The notes: generated from the sequence alone by a model not told the origin. A stretch of 64,000 bases of DNA from an uncultured Sphingomonas sp. (GCA_964244185.1 CAXTHQ010000010.1:1884-65883), one strand, 5' to 3'; shown: positions 17,069-26,920, numbered from the stretch's first letter. A program made the numbers and translations.

Positions 17069-19474
17069 ATGGCCACCATCCCCGCCGCCCCCACGCTGAC
17101 CCCCGCCCGCACCGCCGCGCTCGTCGCCGGCGGTGCGGGCGTCGCCGCCGCGCTCCTGATCCTGTGGCTCGTCCGCAGCCCCGTCCTCGCCGCCGGCTTC
17201 TTTGCCGCCGCGCTGATCGTCGCGGGCGCGATCGCCGTGTTCCGCCTGCTCCGTCCCACCGCCGCCGCATCGGCGGCGGCGACCGACTGGGATCTCGCGC
17301 GCCAGCTCGCCCAGGCGAGCGGCGACGCGGTCGCCGTCACCGATCGCGCCGGCCGTCTCGTCTGCGCCAACGACGCCTATCAGGCCTTGTTCGGCGGGCT
17401 GCCGACGCCGCCGGGGTTGCCCCTGTCGGAGGACGGTGTCGCGGCCCTCGGGATCGCCGGCCGCTCGGCGTGGCGCGACGGGCGAGGCAGGGCGGACGGG
17501 CTGGAGGCCGATCATCAGCGGCTGTCGGCCATGATCGTCCGCGCCGGCGCGGACGCCGACCTGCTCGTCTGGCGCTTCACCCAAGCACGCGAGCAGGATG
17601 TCGCCGGCGGGCTGGCGCAGGCGCTGACCAGCGTCACCGGCGAACGGCTCGGCGCGGCGGGGGTGATGGCGGCGCTGATCGACGGACGCGGGCGGGTGCT
17701 CGCCGCCAACGCCGTCCTCGCCCAGCGCGCGCTCGGCCGCGGCGACGCCTTGCTCGCCGGCCGCGACTTCGCGCATCTGCTCATCACCGACAGCCGCGGC
17801 CTCGTCCGCTTCGAGCGCGAGGGTCTGGAGGGCACGCCCTTGCGCGTCGTCCAGCTCCCCTTCGTCGAGGACGAGGACGGCCCGGTCCTCGTGGCGCTGC
17901 TCGACGAGGAGGAGGGCGCGCCCGCGATCGGCGCCAGCGCGGCCGCGCATGTCCGCAGCCTCGTCTCGCTGCTCCCGCTCGGCCTCGCGCTGGTGGACCG
18001 TGACGGGCGGCTGCTGCAGATGAACGACGCCTTCATCCGCGCCGCGCAGGTCGATGCGGCCAACCCGCCAATCTACCCCGGTGACCTGGTGGTGCGCGAG
18101 GACAAGACCGCCGTCGCCGACGCCATCCGCCGCTTCGCCGGAGGCGCGACGCATTCGACCGACATGGCGGTGCGTCTCAAGAACCATCCCGACGAGCCCG
18201 TCGCGCTGACCATCGCCGGCGCGCGCGGGCTCGGCGACGCGGGGGTCCTCCTGTCGCTCAAGGACAATTCGGAGGAGAGCCGCCTCAAGCGCGAGGTGGC
18301 GCAGGCGACCAAGATGCAGGCGGTCGGCCAGCTCGCCGGCGGCGTCGCGCACGACTTCAACAACATCCTGACCGCGATCATCGGCCATTGCGACCTGATG
18401 ATGATGCGCCATTCGCCCGGCGACAGCGATTACGACGACATCCAGCAGATCCGCACCAACTCGAACCGCGCCGCCGGGCTGACCCGCCAGCTCCTCGCTT
18501 TCTCGCGCCAGCAGACGCTGCGGCCGCAGGTGCTCCAATTGCCCGATGTCGTGTCCGAGGTCTCGAACCTGCTCAAGCGGCTGATGGGCGAGACGGTGCA
18601 GCTCGACGTCAGCCACGGCCGCAACCTCGGGCCGGTGCGCGCCGATCCCGGGCAGCTCGAACAGGTCGTCGTCAATCTCGCGGTCAATGCGCGCGACGCC
18701 ATCCTCGCCGCCAATCCGCATGGCGGCGGCGTCCTCACCATCCAGACCAAGGCGGTGACCGCCGCCGAGGTCCGCGCGCTCGGCAACGACGTGCTGCCGC
18801 CCGCCGATTATACCGCGCTCATCGTCAGCGACACCGGCACCGGCATCCCGATCGACATCATCGGCAAGATCTTCGAGCCCTTCTTCACCACCAAGGAGAT
18901 GGGCAAGGGCACCGGCCTCGGTCTTTCAACGGTCTATGGCATCGTCAAGCAATCGGGCGGCTGGATCTTCGCCGAGCCACCGAAACCGGGGCAAGGGGCG
19001 ACCTTCACCATCTACCTCCCCGTCCACGCTGCCGGCGCCGCGCCGCGGATCCCGCCGCCGCGCGCGCCCGCGAAGCCGAGCGACACGTGGGGCACCGGCA
19101 CGGTGCTGCTGGTCGAGGACGAGGACATGGTCCGCGCGGTCGCCGAGCGCGCGCTGACGCGGCAGGGCTATCAGGTGCTGTCGGCGGACAATGGCGAGGC
19201 GGCGCTGGAGCTGCTGGCGAAGAGCGGCCGCCCCGATCTGCTCATCTCCGACGTGGTGATGCCGACGATGGACGGCCCGACGATGGTCCGCCACGTCCGC
19301 GAGCGCTATCCCGATTTGCCCGTCCTGTTCATGTCGGGCTATGCCGAGGAGCAGTTGCGCAAGTCGATCGACCTCGACCACGTCGCCTTCCTGCCCAAAC
19401 CCTTCTCGGTGCAGCAGCTCGCCGAGGCGGCCCGCGACGCGCTGGTGGCGGCGGGGCGTGGCACCCCTGCCTAG
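17069..19474 (+). CDS. cckA: Hybrid PAS histidine kinase/receiver, CckA-like
   Basis: Two N-terminal TMs, PAS-like regions, KMQAVGQLAGGVAHDFNNILT, RQLLAFSRQQTL, FEPFFTTK..GKGTGLGL, C-terminal receiver (DVVMP, SGYAE). Confidence 0.85.
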   Translation: MATIPAAPTLTPARTAALVAGGAGVAAALLILWLVRSPVLAAGFFAAALIVAGAIAVFRLLRPTAAASAAATDWDLARQLAQASGDAVAVTDRAGRLVCANDAYQALFGGLPTPPGLPLSEDGVAALGIAGRSAWRDGRGRADGLEADHQRLSAMIVRAGADADLLVWRFTQAREQDVAGGLAQALTSVTGERLGAAGVMAALIDGRGRVLAANAVLAQRALGRGDALLAGRDFAHLLITDSRGLVRFEREGLEGTPLRVVQLPFVEDEDGPVLVALLDEEEGAPAIGASAAAHVRSLVSLLPLGLALVDRDGRLLQMNDAFIRAAQVDAANPPIYPGDLVVREDKTAVADAIRRFAGGATHSTDMAVRLKNHPDEPVALTIAGARGLGDAGVLLSLKDNSEESRLKREVAQATKMQAVGQLAGGVAHDFNNILTAIIGHCDLMMMRHSPGDSDYDDIQQIRTNSNRAAGLTRQLLAFSRQQTLRPQVLQLPDVVSEVSNLLKRLMGETVQLDVSHGRNLGPVRADPGQLEQVVVNLAVNARDAILAANPHGGGVLTIQTKAVTAAEVRALGNDVLPPADYTALIVSDTGTGIPIDIIGKIFEPFFTTKEMGKGTGLGLSTVYGIVKQSGGWIFAEPPKPGQGATFTIYLPVHAAGAAPRIPPPRAPAKPSDTWGTGTVLLVEDEDMVRAVAERALTRQGYQVLSADNGEAALELLAKSGRPDLLISDVVMPTMDGPTMVRHVRERYPDLPVLFMSGYAEEQLRKSIDLDHVAFLPKPFSVQQLAEAARDALVAAGRGTPA

Positions 19475-19661
19475 GGCGTTTCCGGACCGAGTTGGATCAT
19501 CGGTACGGAGGTGATGTTGTCGTGATGCAGGGCGCGAGGAGGGAGCGATGCCAAAGCATCGTGACCGACGGGCAACGCGGCATCAGGTCAAAAGCGCCCC
19601 GCCGCGAAGCGGGCGCCCGCCGGACGATGACGATGGTTCAACTTGGTTCGGGAACGCTCTA
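19472..19661. mobile_element. 190-bp MITE-like element with 30-bp imperfect terminal inverted repeats, TA at both ends
   Basis: tagggcgtttccggaccgagttggatcatc versus reverse complement of the right end tagagcgttcccgaaccaagttgaaccatc (24/30); internal hairpin cgatgc-caaa-gcatcg. Confidence 0.7.
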
Positions 19662-19701
19662 ATTGCTTGGAACCGAAACGAACTCCCGCTAGAGGCGCAT
19701 C

Positions 19702-20052
19702 ATGACGGGGCCGCAACAGATCCTCATCGTCGAGGACGAACCGCTGATTGCCATGATGCTGGAGGACTTCCTGGAGGTCCTCGACAAGCGGCCCGTCGGC
19801 CCCGCCGACAGCGTCGCCGCGGCGCTGGCGCGGATCGAGGACAGCAAGGTCGACGCCGCCATCCTCGACGTCAACCTGCGCGGCGGCGAGACCAGCGCGC
19901 CGATCGCCGAGGCGCTGGCCGCGCGCGGCATCCCCTTCATCTTCGCGACCGGCGGCAGCGGCGACAGCGTCGACGACCGCTTCCGCGACCGGCCGAGATT
20001 GATGAAGCCGTTCACGATGGACGGCGTGGCGAAGGCTTTGGATTCGCTTTGA
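19702..20052 (+). CDS. Single-domain response regulator of the PFxFATG[GY] (SdrG/MrrA-like) type
   Basis: ILIVEDE, AILDVNL, PFIFATGG, KPF. Confidence 0.85.
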   Translation: MTGPQQILIVEDEPLIAMMLEDFLEVLDKRPVGPADSVAAALARIEDSKVDAAILDVNLRGGETSAPIAEALAARGIPFIFATGGSGDSVDDRFRDRPRLMKPFTMDGVAKALDSL

Positions 20053-20188
20053 TTCCCTCTCCCCTTCAGGGGAGAGGGTGGCCGAGCCGAAGGCGAGGTC
20101 GGGAGAGGGGCAGTAACGGAGCGCAGCCCACTGCCCCTCTCCCGCCGTCGCTACGCTCGGCACCCTCTCCCCTGAAGAGGAGAGGGAA
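20053..20188. repeat. Empty two-arm copy of the DUF559-associated element
   Basis: Arms 20053-20114 and 20130-20188 around a 15-bp spacer; begins immediately after the stop codon at 20052. Confidence 0.9.
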
Positions 20189-20226
20189 GGGTTGCACGGC
20201 TCACCAACGCCGTCATACGCACCCCC

Positions 20227-21945
20227 ATGCCCCGCTTCGACAAATCCACCCTCCCGTCCCGCCACGTCAGCCTCGGCCCCGAGCGCGCGCCGCATCGTTC
20301 CTATTATTACGCGATGGGGATCAGCGAGGAGGACATCCAGAAACCCTTCGTCGCGCTCGCCAGCGCCGGTAACGATTCCGCGCCGTGCAACACCACGCTC
20401 GACGCCCAGGCCGACGCCGCGCGCGCGGGCGTGATCCAGAACGGCGGGATGCCGCGCCGCTTCAACACCATCACCGTCACCGACGGCATCGCGATGGGGC
20501 ATCAGGGCATGAAGGCGTCGCTGGTCAGCCGCGAGGTGATCGCCGATTCGGTCGAGCTGTCGGTGCGCGGCCATTGCTATGACGCGCTGGTCGGCTTCGC
20601 GGGGTGCGACAAGTCGCTGCCCGGCATGATGATGGCGATGCTGCGGCTCAACGTGCCGTCGATCTTCGTCTATGGCGGCTCGATCCTGCCGGGCCGGTTC
20701 GATCAGCGCGACGTGACCGTCGTCGACGTGTTCGAGGCGGTCGGCCAGTTCGCCGCCGGCACCTGCCCGATCGAGCGCCTCCACGCGCTGGAAAAGGTCG
20801 CCTGCCCCGGCGACGGCGCGTGCGGCGGGCAGTTCACCGCCAACACCATGGCCTGCGTCGCCGAGGCGATCGGCCTGTCGCTGCCCAACAGCAATATGAT
20901 CCCCGCGCCCTACAGCTCGCGCGAGCAGGTCGCGATCGCCGCGGGGGCGCAGGTGATGGAGCTGGTCGAGCGCCAGATCCGCCCCCGCGACATCTGCACC
21001 CGCGCCGCCTTCGAGAATGCGGCGCGCGTGGTGGCGGCGACGGGCGGCTCGACCAACGCCGCGCTGCATCTGCCCGCGATGGCGCATGAGGCCGGGATCG
21101 ATCTCGACCTCCACGACGTCGCGCGCGTGTTCAAGGAGACGCCGTACCTCGCCGACCTGAAGCCCGGCGGCCAATATGTCGCCAAGGACATGTACGAGGC
21201 GGGCGGCGTCTACATGCTGATGAAGACGATGCTGGCGGGCGGCTTCCTTGACGGCAATTGCATCACCGTCACCGGCCGCACGCTCGGCGAGAACATCGAT
21301 CAGGTCACCTGGAATCCCGGCCAGAAGGTGATCTACGCCTTCGACAAGCCGCTGTCGCCGACCGGCGGCGTCGTCGGGCTGAAGGGCAGCCTCGCGCCCG
21401 AAGGCGCGATCGTGAAGGTCGCGGGGATGCACCGCCTCCAGTTCACCGGCCCGGCGCGCTGCTTCGACGGCGAGGAGGCGGCATTCGCGGCGGTCGAGGC
21501 GCGCGACATCGCCGAAGGCTGCGTCGTCGTCATCCGTTACGAGGGGCCGAAGGGTGGGCCGGGGATGCGCGAGATGCTGTCGACCACTGCCGCGCTCTAC
21601 GGCCTGGGGCTGGGCGAGAAGGTCGCGCTCATCACCGACGGCCGCTTCTCCGGCGCGACGCGCGGCTTCTGCATCGGCCATGTCGGCCCGGAAGCCGCCG
21701 ACGGCGGCCCGATCGCGCTGGTCGAGGACGGCGACACGATCCGTATCGACGCCGAGGCCGGCACGATCGACCTCGACGTGCCGGACGAGGTGCTGGAGGA
21801 CCGCCGCGCTGCCTGGCGCGCCCGCGACAACGGCTATGGCTCGGGCGCGCTGTGGCGCTACGCCCGGAATGTCGGGCCCGCGTACCAAGGCGCGGTCACG
21901 CACCCCGGCGCGAAGGCCGAGAGCCATGTCTTCGCCGATATCTGA
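20227..21945 (+). CDS. ilvD: Dihydroxy-acid dehydratase
   Basis: [61 protein letters not shown]. Confidence 0.95.
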   Translation: MPRFDKSTLPSRHVSLGPERAPHRSYYYAMGISEEDIQKPFVALASAGNDSAPCNTTLDAQADAARAGVIQNGGMPRRFNTITVTDGIAMGHQGMKASLVSREVIADSVELSVRGHCYDALVGFAGCDKSLPGMMMAMLRLNVPSIFVYGGSILPGRFDQRDVTVVDVFEAVGQFAAGTCPIERLHALEKVACPGDGACGGQFTANTMACVAEAIGLSLPNSNMIPAPYSSREQVAIAAGAQVMELVERQIRPRDICTRAAFENAARVVAATGGSTNAALHLPAMAHEAGIDLDLHDVARVFKETPYLADLKPGGQYVAKDMYEAGGVYMLMKTMLAGGFLDGNCITVTGRTLGENIDQVTWNPGQKVIYAFDKPLSPTGGVVGLKGSLAPEGAIVKVAGMHRLQFTGPARCFDGEEAAFAAVEARDIAEGCVVVIRYEGPKGGPGMREMLSTTAALYGLGLGEKVALITDGRFSGATRGFCIGHVGPEAADGGPIALVEDGDTIRIDAEAGTIDLDVPDEVLEDRRAAWRARDNGYGSGALWRYARNVGPAYQGAVTHPGAKAESHVFADI

Positions 21946-21949
21946 ACCT

Positions 21950-22044
21950 GTCGCCCTCACTCTTCCCGCCGCCCGGGGCGGCTCCTTTCTCTCTCCCGGG
22001 GGGAAAGGGAGGGAGGCGCTTAGCGGCGGAAGGGTGAGGGTGAC
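21950..22044. repeat. TCACCCTCACCC-family palindromic element
   Basis: gtcgccctcactcttcc...ggaagggtgagggtgac with central ctctccc/gggaaaggg hairpin; homologous to the reverse complement of 27555-27650. Confidence 0.85.
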
Positions 22045-22369
22045 CGCGCTCGTTCTCGCTCTCTCCGCCTGCAACTCCCCACCCGCCACCGCTCCCCGTG
22101 AGCGACCCGCCAAAACCAACCTCATCCCCTGCGCCACCGGCAACGCCCCCCTTACCACCACCTGCACCGTCGAGCTCGCCGGCAAGCTGGTCACCGTCCG
22201 CAACCCCGACGGCGGCTTCCACCGCCTGCTCGTCACGCGCGACGGGCGCGGCCTGATCGCCGCCGACGGCGCACAGCCGGCCAAGGTCACGCCGGTCGAC
22301 ACCGACACGATCGAGGTCGCTATCGCCAACGACCGCTACCGCCTGCCCGCCACCGTCGCCCGCCGATGA
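22034..22369 (+). CDS. Small putative lipoprotein
   Basis: MRVTALVLALSAC lipobox-like start; conserved-looking PDGGFHRL and IAADGA; 4-bp overlap with nnr. Confidence 0.7.
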   Translation: MRVTALVLALSACNSPPATAPRERPAKTNLIPCATGNAPLTTTCTVELAGKLVTVRNPDGGFHRLLVTRDGRGLIAADGAQPAKVTPVDTDTIEVAIANDRYRLPATVARR

Positions 22370-23793
22370 CGGGTATCGAGGGCCAGCCGATCCTGACGGC
22401 GACGCAGATGCGCGCGGTAGAGGAGCGCTCCGCACCCACGCCCGAAGCGATGTACGCGCTGATGGAACGCGCCGGGGCGGGTGTCGCGGAGACCGTCCGC
22501 CGCCTCGCCGCCGGCGCCGACGTGCTGATCCTGTGCGGCTCCGGCAACAACGGCGGCGACGGCTATGTCGCCGTGCGGGTGCTGCGCGAGCAGGGCCACC
22601 CGGTCCGCGTCGCGGCGCTGGCGGAGCCGCGCACACCCGCCGCGGCCGAGGCGCGTCGCCGCTGGCACGGGCCGATTGAGCGATTTCCTTCCCCGTCGCT
22701 CCAGGACGAACCCGCCGTACCGATCGTCGTCGATGCCCTGGTCGGAACCGGCCTGTCACGCCCGCTCGATGAGGCAGCCGCCATCGTGCTCGGTCGACTG
22801 ATCGACGGTGCTCGCCTGAGCATCGCGGTCGACCTGCCGAGCCATATCGACACCAACACCGGCGCATTGTTCAACGCGGAGCAGGTCGGTCCGGTCGACC
22901 TGACGCTCGCGCTCGGTGCGCTCAAGCCATCGCATCTGCTGATGCCGGCGGCTCCTTATTGCGGTGCCCTCCGCGTAATCGATCTAGGTCTGGAACACGT
23001 CGATTGGACGGGCCGGGTGATCGATCGGCCGGAGTTTCTCCTGCCGGGGGTCGACGATCACAAATATTCGCGCGGGCTGGTGGTGGTGATCGGTGGAGCC
23101 ATGCCGGGCGCGGCGCGGCTCGCGGCCGAAGCGGCGGCGCGGGCCGGTGCGGGCTATGTCATGCTGCTCGGCGACGAAGGAGCGGATGCGAGCCCCCACG
23201 CCATTGTGCGTCGCGCCTGGTCGCCCGAGGCGCTGGCCCAGGCGATCGACGGCAAGCGCAACGCGGTGTTGCTGGTCGGTCCCGGGCTGGGCCGCAACGA
23301 GGCTGCGCGCGACCGCCTGTCGGCAGCGATCGACAGCCGCGAGCGGCTCGTGATCGACGGCGACGCACTCCACCTGCTCGATCCGGTCACCTTCGCCACG
23401 TTCTGGTCGCGCGACGACGACCATATCGTGCTGACACCTCACGAAGGCGAGTTTCGCGCCCTCTTCGGCGACTGGAGCGGCAGCAAGATCGACGCCACAT
23501 GCCGGGCGGCCGCGCGCGCCGGCGCGACCGTGGCGTTCAAGGGACCCGATACGGTGGTCGCCACGCGCCATGGCGAAGTATTCGTGTCGTCGATGCGGCA
23601 ACGCTGGCTGTCGACGGCGGGAACGGGTGACGTGCTGACCGGCGCGATCGCGGCGGCGATCGTCAACATGGCGTTTCCGAATCCGGCTTCGGCGGGGGTG
23701 TGGATGCACAGCGAAGCGGCGCGCCGGTCGGGCGGGGCGTTCGTCGCGGACGATCTCGCGCGCGAGCTGTCGGCGGTTCGGGCATCGCTGTGA
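22366..23793 (+). CDS. nnr: Bifunctional NAD(P)H-hydrate epimerase/dehydratase
   Basis: LMERAG, GSGNNGGDG, DALVGTG, HKYSRG, VGPGLG, LTPHEGEF, TAGTGDVL. Confidence 0.9.
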   Translation: MTGIEGQPILTATQMRAVEERSAPTPEAMYALMERAGAGVAETVRRLAAGADVLILCGSGNNGGDGYVAVRVLREQGHPVRVAALAEPRTPAAAEARRRWHGPIERFPSPSLQDEPAVPIVVDALVGTGLSRPLDEAAAIVLGRLIDGARLSIAVDLPSHIDTNTGALFNAEQVGPVDLTLALGALKPSHLLMPAAPYCGALRVIDLGLEHVDWTGRVIDRPEFLLPGVDDHKYSRGLVVVIGGAMPGAARLAAEAAARAGAGYVMLLGDEGADASPHAIVRRAWSPEALAQAIDGKRNAVLLVGPGLGRNEAARDRLSAAIDSRERLVIDGDALHLLDPVTFATFWSRDDDHIVLTPHEGEFRALFGDWSGSKIDATCRAAARAGATVAFKGPDTVVATRHGEVFVSSMRQRWLSTAGTGDVLTGAIAAAIVNMAFPNPASAGVWMHSEAARRSGGAFVADDLARELSAVRASL

Positions 23794-24962
23794 ACGCCGA
23801 CACGATCGTCCGCGTCGCCGCGCGGGGCGACGGCGTCACCGCCGACGGCCGTCACGCCGCCTTCGCCGCGCCGGGCGATACGCTGGCCGACACAGGCGAA
23901 ATCCTCCCCGGCCCGCACCACCAGAGGCCGCCGTGCCGCCACTTTCCCGACTGCGGCGGCTGCCAGCTCCAGCATCTCGACGACGACAGCTACGCCGCCT
24001 TCGTCGCCGACCGCGTGACGTCCGCGCTCGCCGCGCAGGATCTGACGACCGAGATCCGCCCGCCGCTGATCTCGCCCCCGCGCACCCGCCGCCGCGCGAC
24101 GCTCCATGCCGAGCGCGGGCTGGTCGGCTTCACCGCCGCGCAAAGCCATCGCATCGTCGACATGCGCGAATGCCACATCCTGCGGCCCGAGCTCTTCGCG
24201 CTGGTCGCACCGCTACGCGCGCTCGTCCAGCGCCTCAAGCTCAAGGGCCGCGCCGAGCTCCATCTTACGCTAGCCGATCAAGGGCCGGACCTGCTGGTCA
24301 AGGCCAAACTCCCGTCCGATCTCGCCGCCGCCGAGGCGCTCACCGCCTTCGCGCAAACCCAAGGCCTCGCGCGCATTGCGGTCGAGGAAGGCGACGGCCC
24401 CGAGACGCGCTGGGAACCGCAGCCGGCGACGATCACGCTCGGCGGCGTCCAAGTCCCGCTACCCCATGCCTCCTTCCTCCAGGCGACTGTCGAAGGCGAA
24501 GCGGCGCTCGTCGCTGCGGTGCGCGAGGCGATCGACGGCGCGGCGACGATCGCCGATTTGTTCGCCGGCCTCGGCACCTTCGCCCTCGCGCTGCCGGCCA
24601 AGGTCTACGCCGCCGAAGGCGCGCGTGACGCGCTGGTCGCGCTCAAGGCCGCCGCCGCCCGCGCGGGCCGGCCGGTCTTCGCCGAGCATCGCGACCTCTA
24701 CCGCCGCCCCCTCACCACCGCCGAGCTCGACCGTTTCGACGCGATCGTCCTCGACCCGCCCCGCGCCGGCGCGCGCGACCAGATCGCAGCCCTCGCCGCC
24801 GCGAAGTGCGACACGATCGCCTATGTCTCGTGCAACCCGTCGAGCTTCGCGCGCGACGCCCGGACGCTTGCGGACGGCGGCTGGCGGCTGGACTGGGTGC
24901 AGCCGGTCGGCCAGTTCCGCTGGTCGACGCATGTCGAGCTGGCGGGGATGTTTTCGCGATGA
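23790..24962 (+). CDS. RlmD/TrmA-family RNA m5U methyltransferase
   Basis: CRHFPDCGGCQLQH Fe-S motif, SFLQA, DLFAGLG, LDPPRAG, YVSCNP, HVE. Confidence 0.9.
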   Translation: MNADTIVRVAARGDGVTADGRHAAFAAPGDTLADTGEILPGPHHQRPPCRHFPDCGGCQLQHLDDDSYAAFVADRVTSALAAQDLTTEIRPPLISPPRTRRRATLHAERGLVGFTAAQSHRIVDMRECHILRPELFALVAPLRALVQRLKLKGRAELHLTLADQGPDLLVKAKLPSDLAAAEALTAFAQTQGLARIAVEEGDGPETRWEPQPATITLGGVQVPLPHASFLQATVEGEAALVAAVREAIDGAATIADLFAGLGTFALALPAKVYAAEGARDALVALKAAAARAGRPVFAEHRDLYRRPLTTAELDRFDAIVLDPPRAGARDQIAALAAAKCDTIAYVSCNPSSFARDARTLADGGWRLDWVQPVGQFRWSTHVELAGMFSR

Positions 24963-24964
24963 CT

Positions 24965-25023
24965 TTCCCTCTCCCCTTCAGGGGAGAGGGTGCCGAGCGG
25001 AGCGATGGCGGGAGAGGGGCAGT
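24965..25023 (+). repeat. Solo arm of the DUF559-associated element
   Basis: ttccctctccccttcaggggagagggtgccgagcggagcgatggcgggagaggggcagt, nearly identical to the arm at 16580-16638. Confidence 0.9.
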
Positions 25024-25060
25024 CCGCCCGCCCCAACGCCACGCCGTCAGACGTGACCGT

Positions 25061-25864
25061 CTATGCCGGCCCCGCTGCCCGCCGTGGCGAGTCCTCGGAT
25101 TGCTCGCGCAATCCGAGGCCGCCCGCACCATAATCCGCCCCCACGAACCACAATCCATCCGGCGGCGCGTTCAGCCCCAGCGCCGTCCGGTCCCGCGCCG
25201 CCAGCGCCGCCGCCATGTCGTCGGGCGACCACCGCCCCAGCCCGACCAGCGCCAGGCACCCCACCATCGACCGCACCTGATGATGCAGGAACGACCGCGC
25301 CGACGCCCACATGTCGATCGCCTCACCCTCTCGTATCACCTCCAGCCGGTCCAATGTCCGCACGGGGCTGTCCGCCTGGCAATGCGCCGACCGGAACGTC
25401 GTGAAGTCATGCCGCCCCACCAGCCGCGCCGCACCCGCCCGCATCGCGGCGTCGTCGAGCGGCTGCTTCACCCGCCACACCAGCCCCGCCTGCCACGTCA
25501 GCGGCGTCCGCCGGTTGACGATGCGATAGCGATAATGCCGCTGCACGCACGAAAACCGCGCGTGCCAGTCGTCGGCGACGGCCTCGCACGCCAGCACCGC
25601 CACCGGCGCGGGCCGCACCTGCGCGTTGATCGCCTCCATCAGTCGGAACGGCGCGATCGGCTTCGCGACATCGACATGCGCCCGCATCGCGAGCGCGTGC
25701 ACCCCCGCGTCGGTCCGCCCCGCCGCGTGCATCGCCGCCGGCTCGCCGGTGATTGCGAACACCGCCGCCTCCAACGTCTGCTGGACGCTCTTCCCCTCCG
25801 CCTGCCGCTGCCAGCCGACGAAGGACCGCCCGTCATATTCGATGGTCAGCGCAAAGCGCGTCAA
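25061..25864 (-). CDS. truA: tRNA pseudouridine(38-40) synthase
   Basis: [35 protein letters not shown]; TTG start overlaps the fmt stop. Confidence 0.95.
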   Translation of the reverse strand: MTRFALTIEYDGRSFVGWQRQAEGKSVQQTLEAAVFAITGEPAAMHAAGRTDAGVHALAMRAHVDVAKPIAPFRLMEAINAQVRPAPVAVLACEAVADDWHARFSCVQRHYRYRIVNRRTPLTWQAGLVWRVKQPLDDAAMRAGAARLVGRHDFTTFRSAHCQADSPVRTLDRLEVIREGEAIDMWASARSFLHHQVRSMVGCLALVGLGRWSPDDMAAALAARDRTALGLNAPPDGLWFVGADYGAGGLGLREQSEDSPRRAAGPA

Positions 25865-26823
25865 AGCTGCGTGCCGGCGGGGATGGGGAAGCCGCGCAGG
25901 AGTTCGTGGGCGGACAACGGCTTGCCGCCAGCACGCTGGACGAGCGTGGGTCGGATAGCATCCCTGCCGCAAGCGACGGTGAGATCACCATCCAACACCT
26001 CCCCTCCCCGGCGAAGGCCGGGGCCCAGTCCGGCGCTCGGGACTGGACCCCGGCTTTCGCCGGGGAGGGCGTTTTCATCGACCACATCGGCCGCCAGCAC
26101 CTTCACCCGTTCGCCCGCCACCTCGAACCACGCCCCCGGTGCCGGGTTCATCGCCCGCACCAGCCGCTCGACCTCGACCGCCGAGCGCGTCCAGTCGATC
26201 CGCGCCTCCGCCTTGTCGATCTTGTGCGCATAGGTGACGCCATCCTCCGCCTGCGGCACCGCCACCCGCGCGTCGAGCGTCGCCAGCGTCTCGACCATCA
26301 GCGCCGCGCCCAGCATCGCCAGCTCGCCCGTCAGCTCGCCCGCCGTCTTGCCGCCCGCCAGCACCCGCCCGTCGAGCAGCACCGGCCCGGTATCGAGCCC
26401 TGCCTCCATGCGCATGATGCACACGCCCGTCTCGTCGTCGCCCGCAAGGATCGCGCGCTGCACCGGCGCCGCGCCGCGCCAGCGCGGCAGCAGCGAGCCG
26501 TGGACGTTGAGGAACCCGCGCGGGCACAGGTCGAGCACCGCCTGCGGCAGGATCAGCCCATACGCCGCGACCACCCCGATCTCCGCCCCGAACGCCGCCA
26601 GCGCCGCCTGCGCCTCGGCCTTGCGCAACGACACCGGCGACCGCACCGTCAGCCCCAGCGCCTCGGCGCGCCGCTGGACGGGGGAGGGGACCAGCTCCCG
26701 CCCGCGCCGCCCGCCGGGCCGGGGCGGCTGGGTATGGACCGCCACCACCTCATGCCCCGCCGCAAGGAGCGCGTCGAGCGTCGGCACGGCGAAGTCGGGG
26801 GTGCCCATGAACACGATCCGCAT
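25861..26823 (-). CDS. fmt: Methionyl-tRNA formyltransferase (contains an in-frame palindromic insert)
   Basis: [44 protein letters not shown]. Confidence 0.95.
   Translation of the reverse strand: MRIVFMGTPDFAVPTLDALLAAGHEVVAVHTQPPRPGGRRGRELVPSPVQRRAEALGLTVRSPVSLRKAEAQAALAAFGAEIGVVAAYGLILPQAVLDLCPRGFLNVHGSLLPRWRGAAPVQRAILAGDDETGVCIMRMEAGLDTGPVLLDGRVLAGGKTAGELTGELAMLGAALMVETLATLDARVAVPQAEDGVTYAHKIDKAEARIDWTRSAVEVERLVRAMNPAPGAWFEVAGERVKVLAADVVDENALPGESRGPVPSAGLGPGLRRGGEVLDGDLTVACGRDAIRPTLVQRAGGKPLSAHELLRGFPIPAGTQL
26001..26070. repeat. 70-bp CCCTCCCCGGC-family palindromic element inside fmt
   Basis: cccctccccggcgaaggccggggcccagtcc...ggactggaccccggctttcgccggggagggc; 64/70 identical to 57283-57352 by manual count. 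Confidence 0.9.
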
Positions 26824-26842
26824 GGGCGTGCCTTCACCATGC

Positions 26843-26920
26843 CCGTCACCCCAGCGCAAGCTGGGGTCTTCCCGACCGGCGCCTCGATCGGGGAGATGCC
26901 AGCTTCCGCTGGCATGACGG
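26843..26920. repeat. CGTCA-family variant palindromic element
   Basis: ccgtcaccccagcgcaagctggggtc...gatgccagcttccgctggcatgacgg between divergent fmt and recR. Confidence 0.85.
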
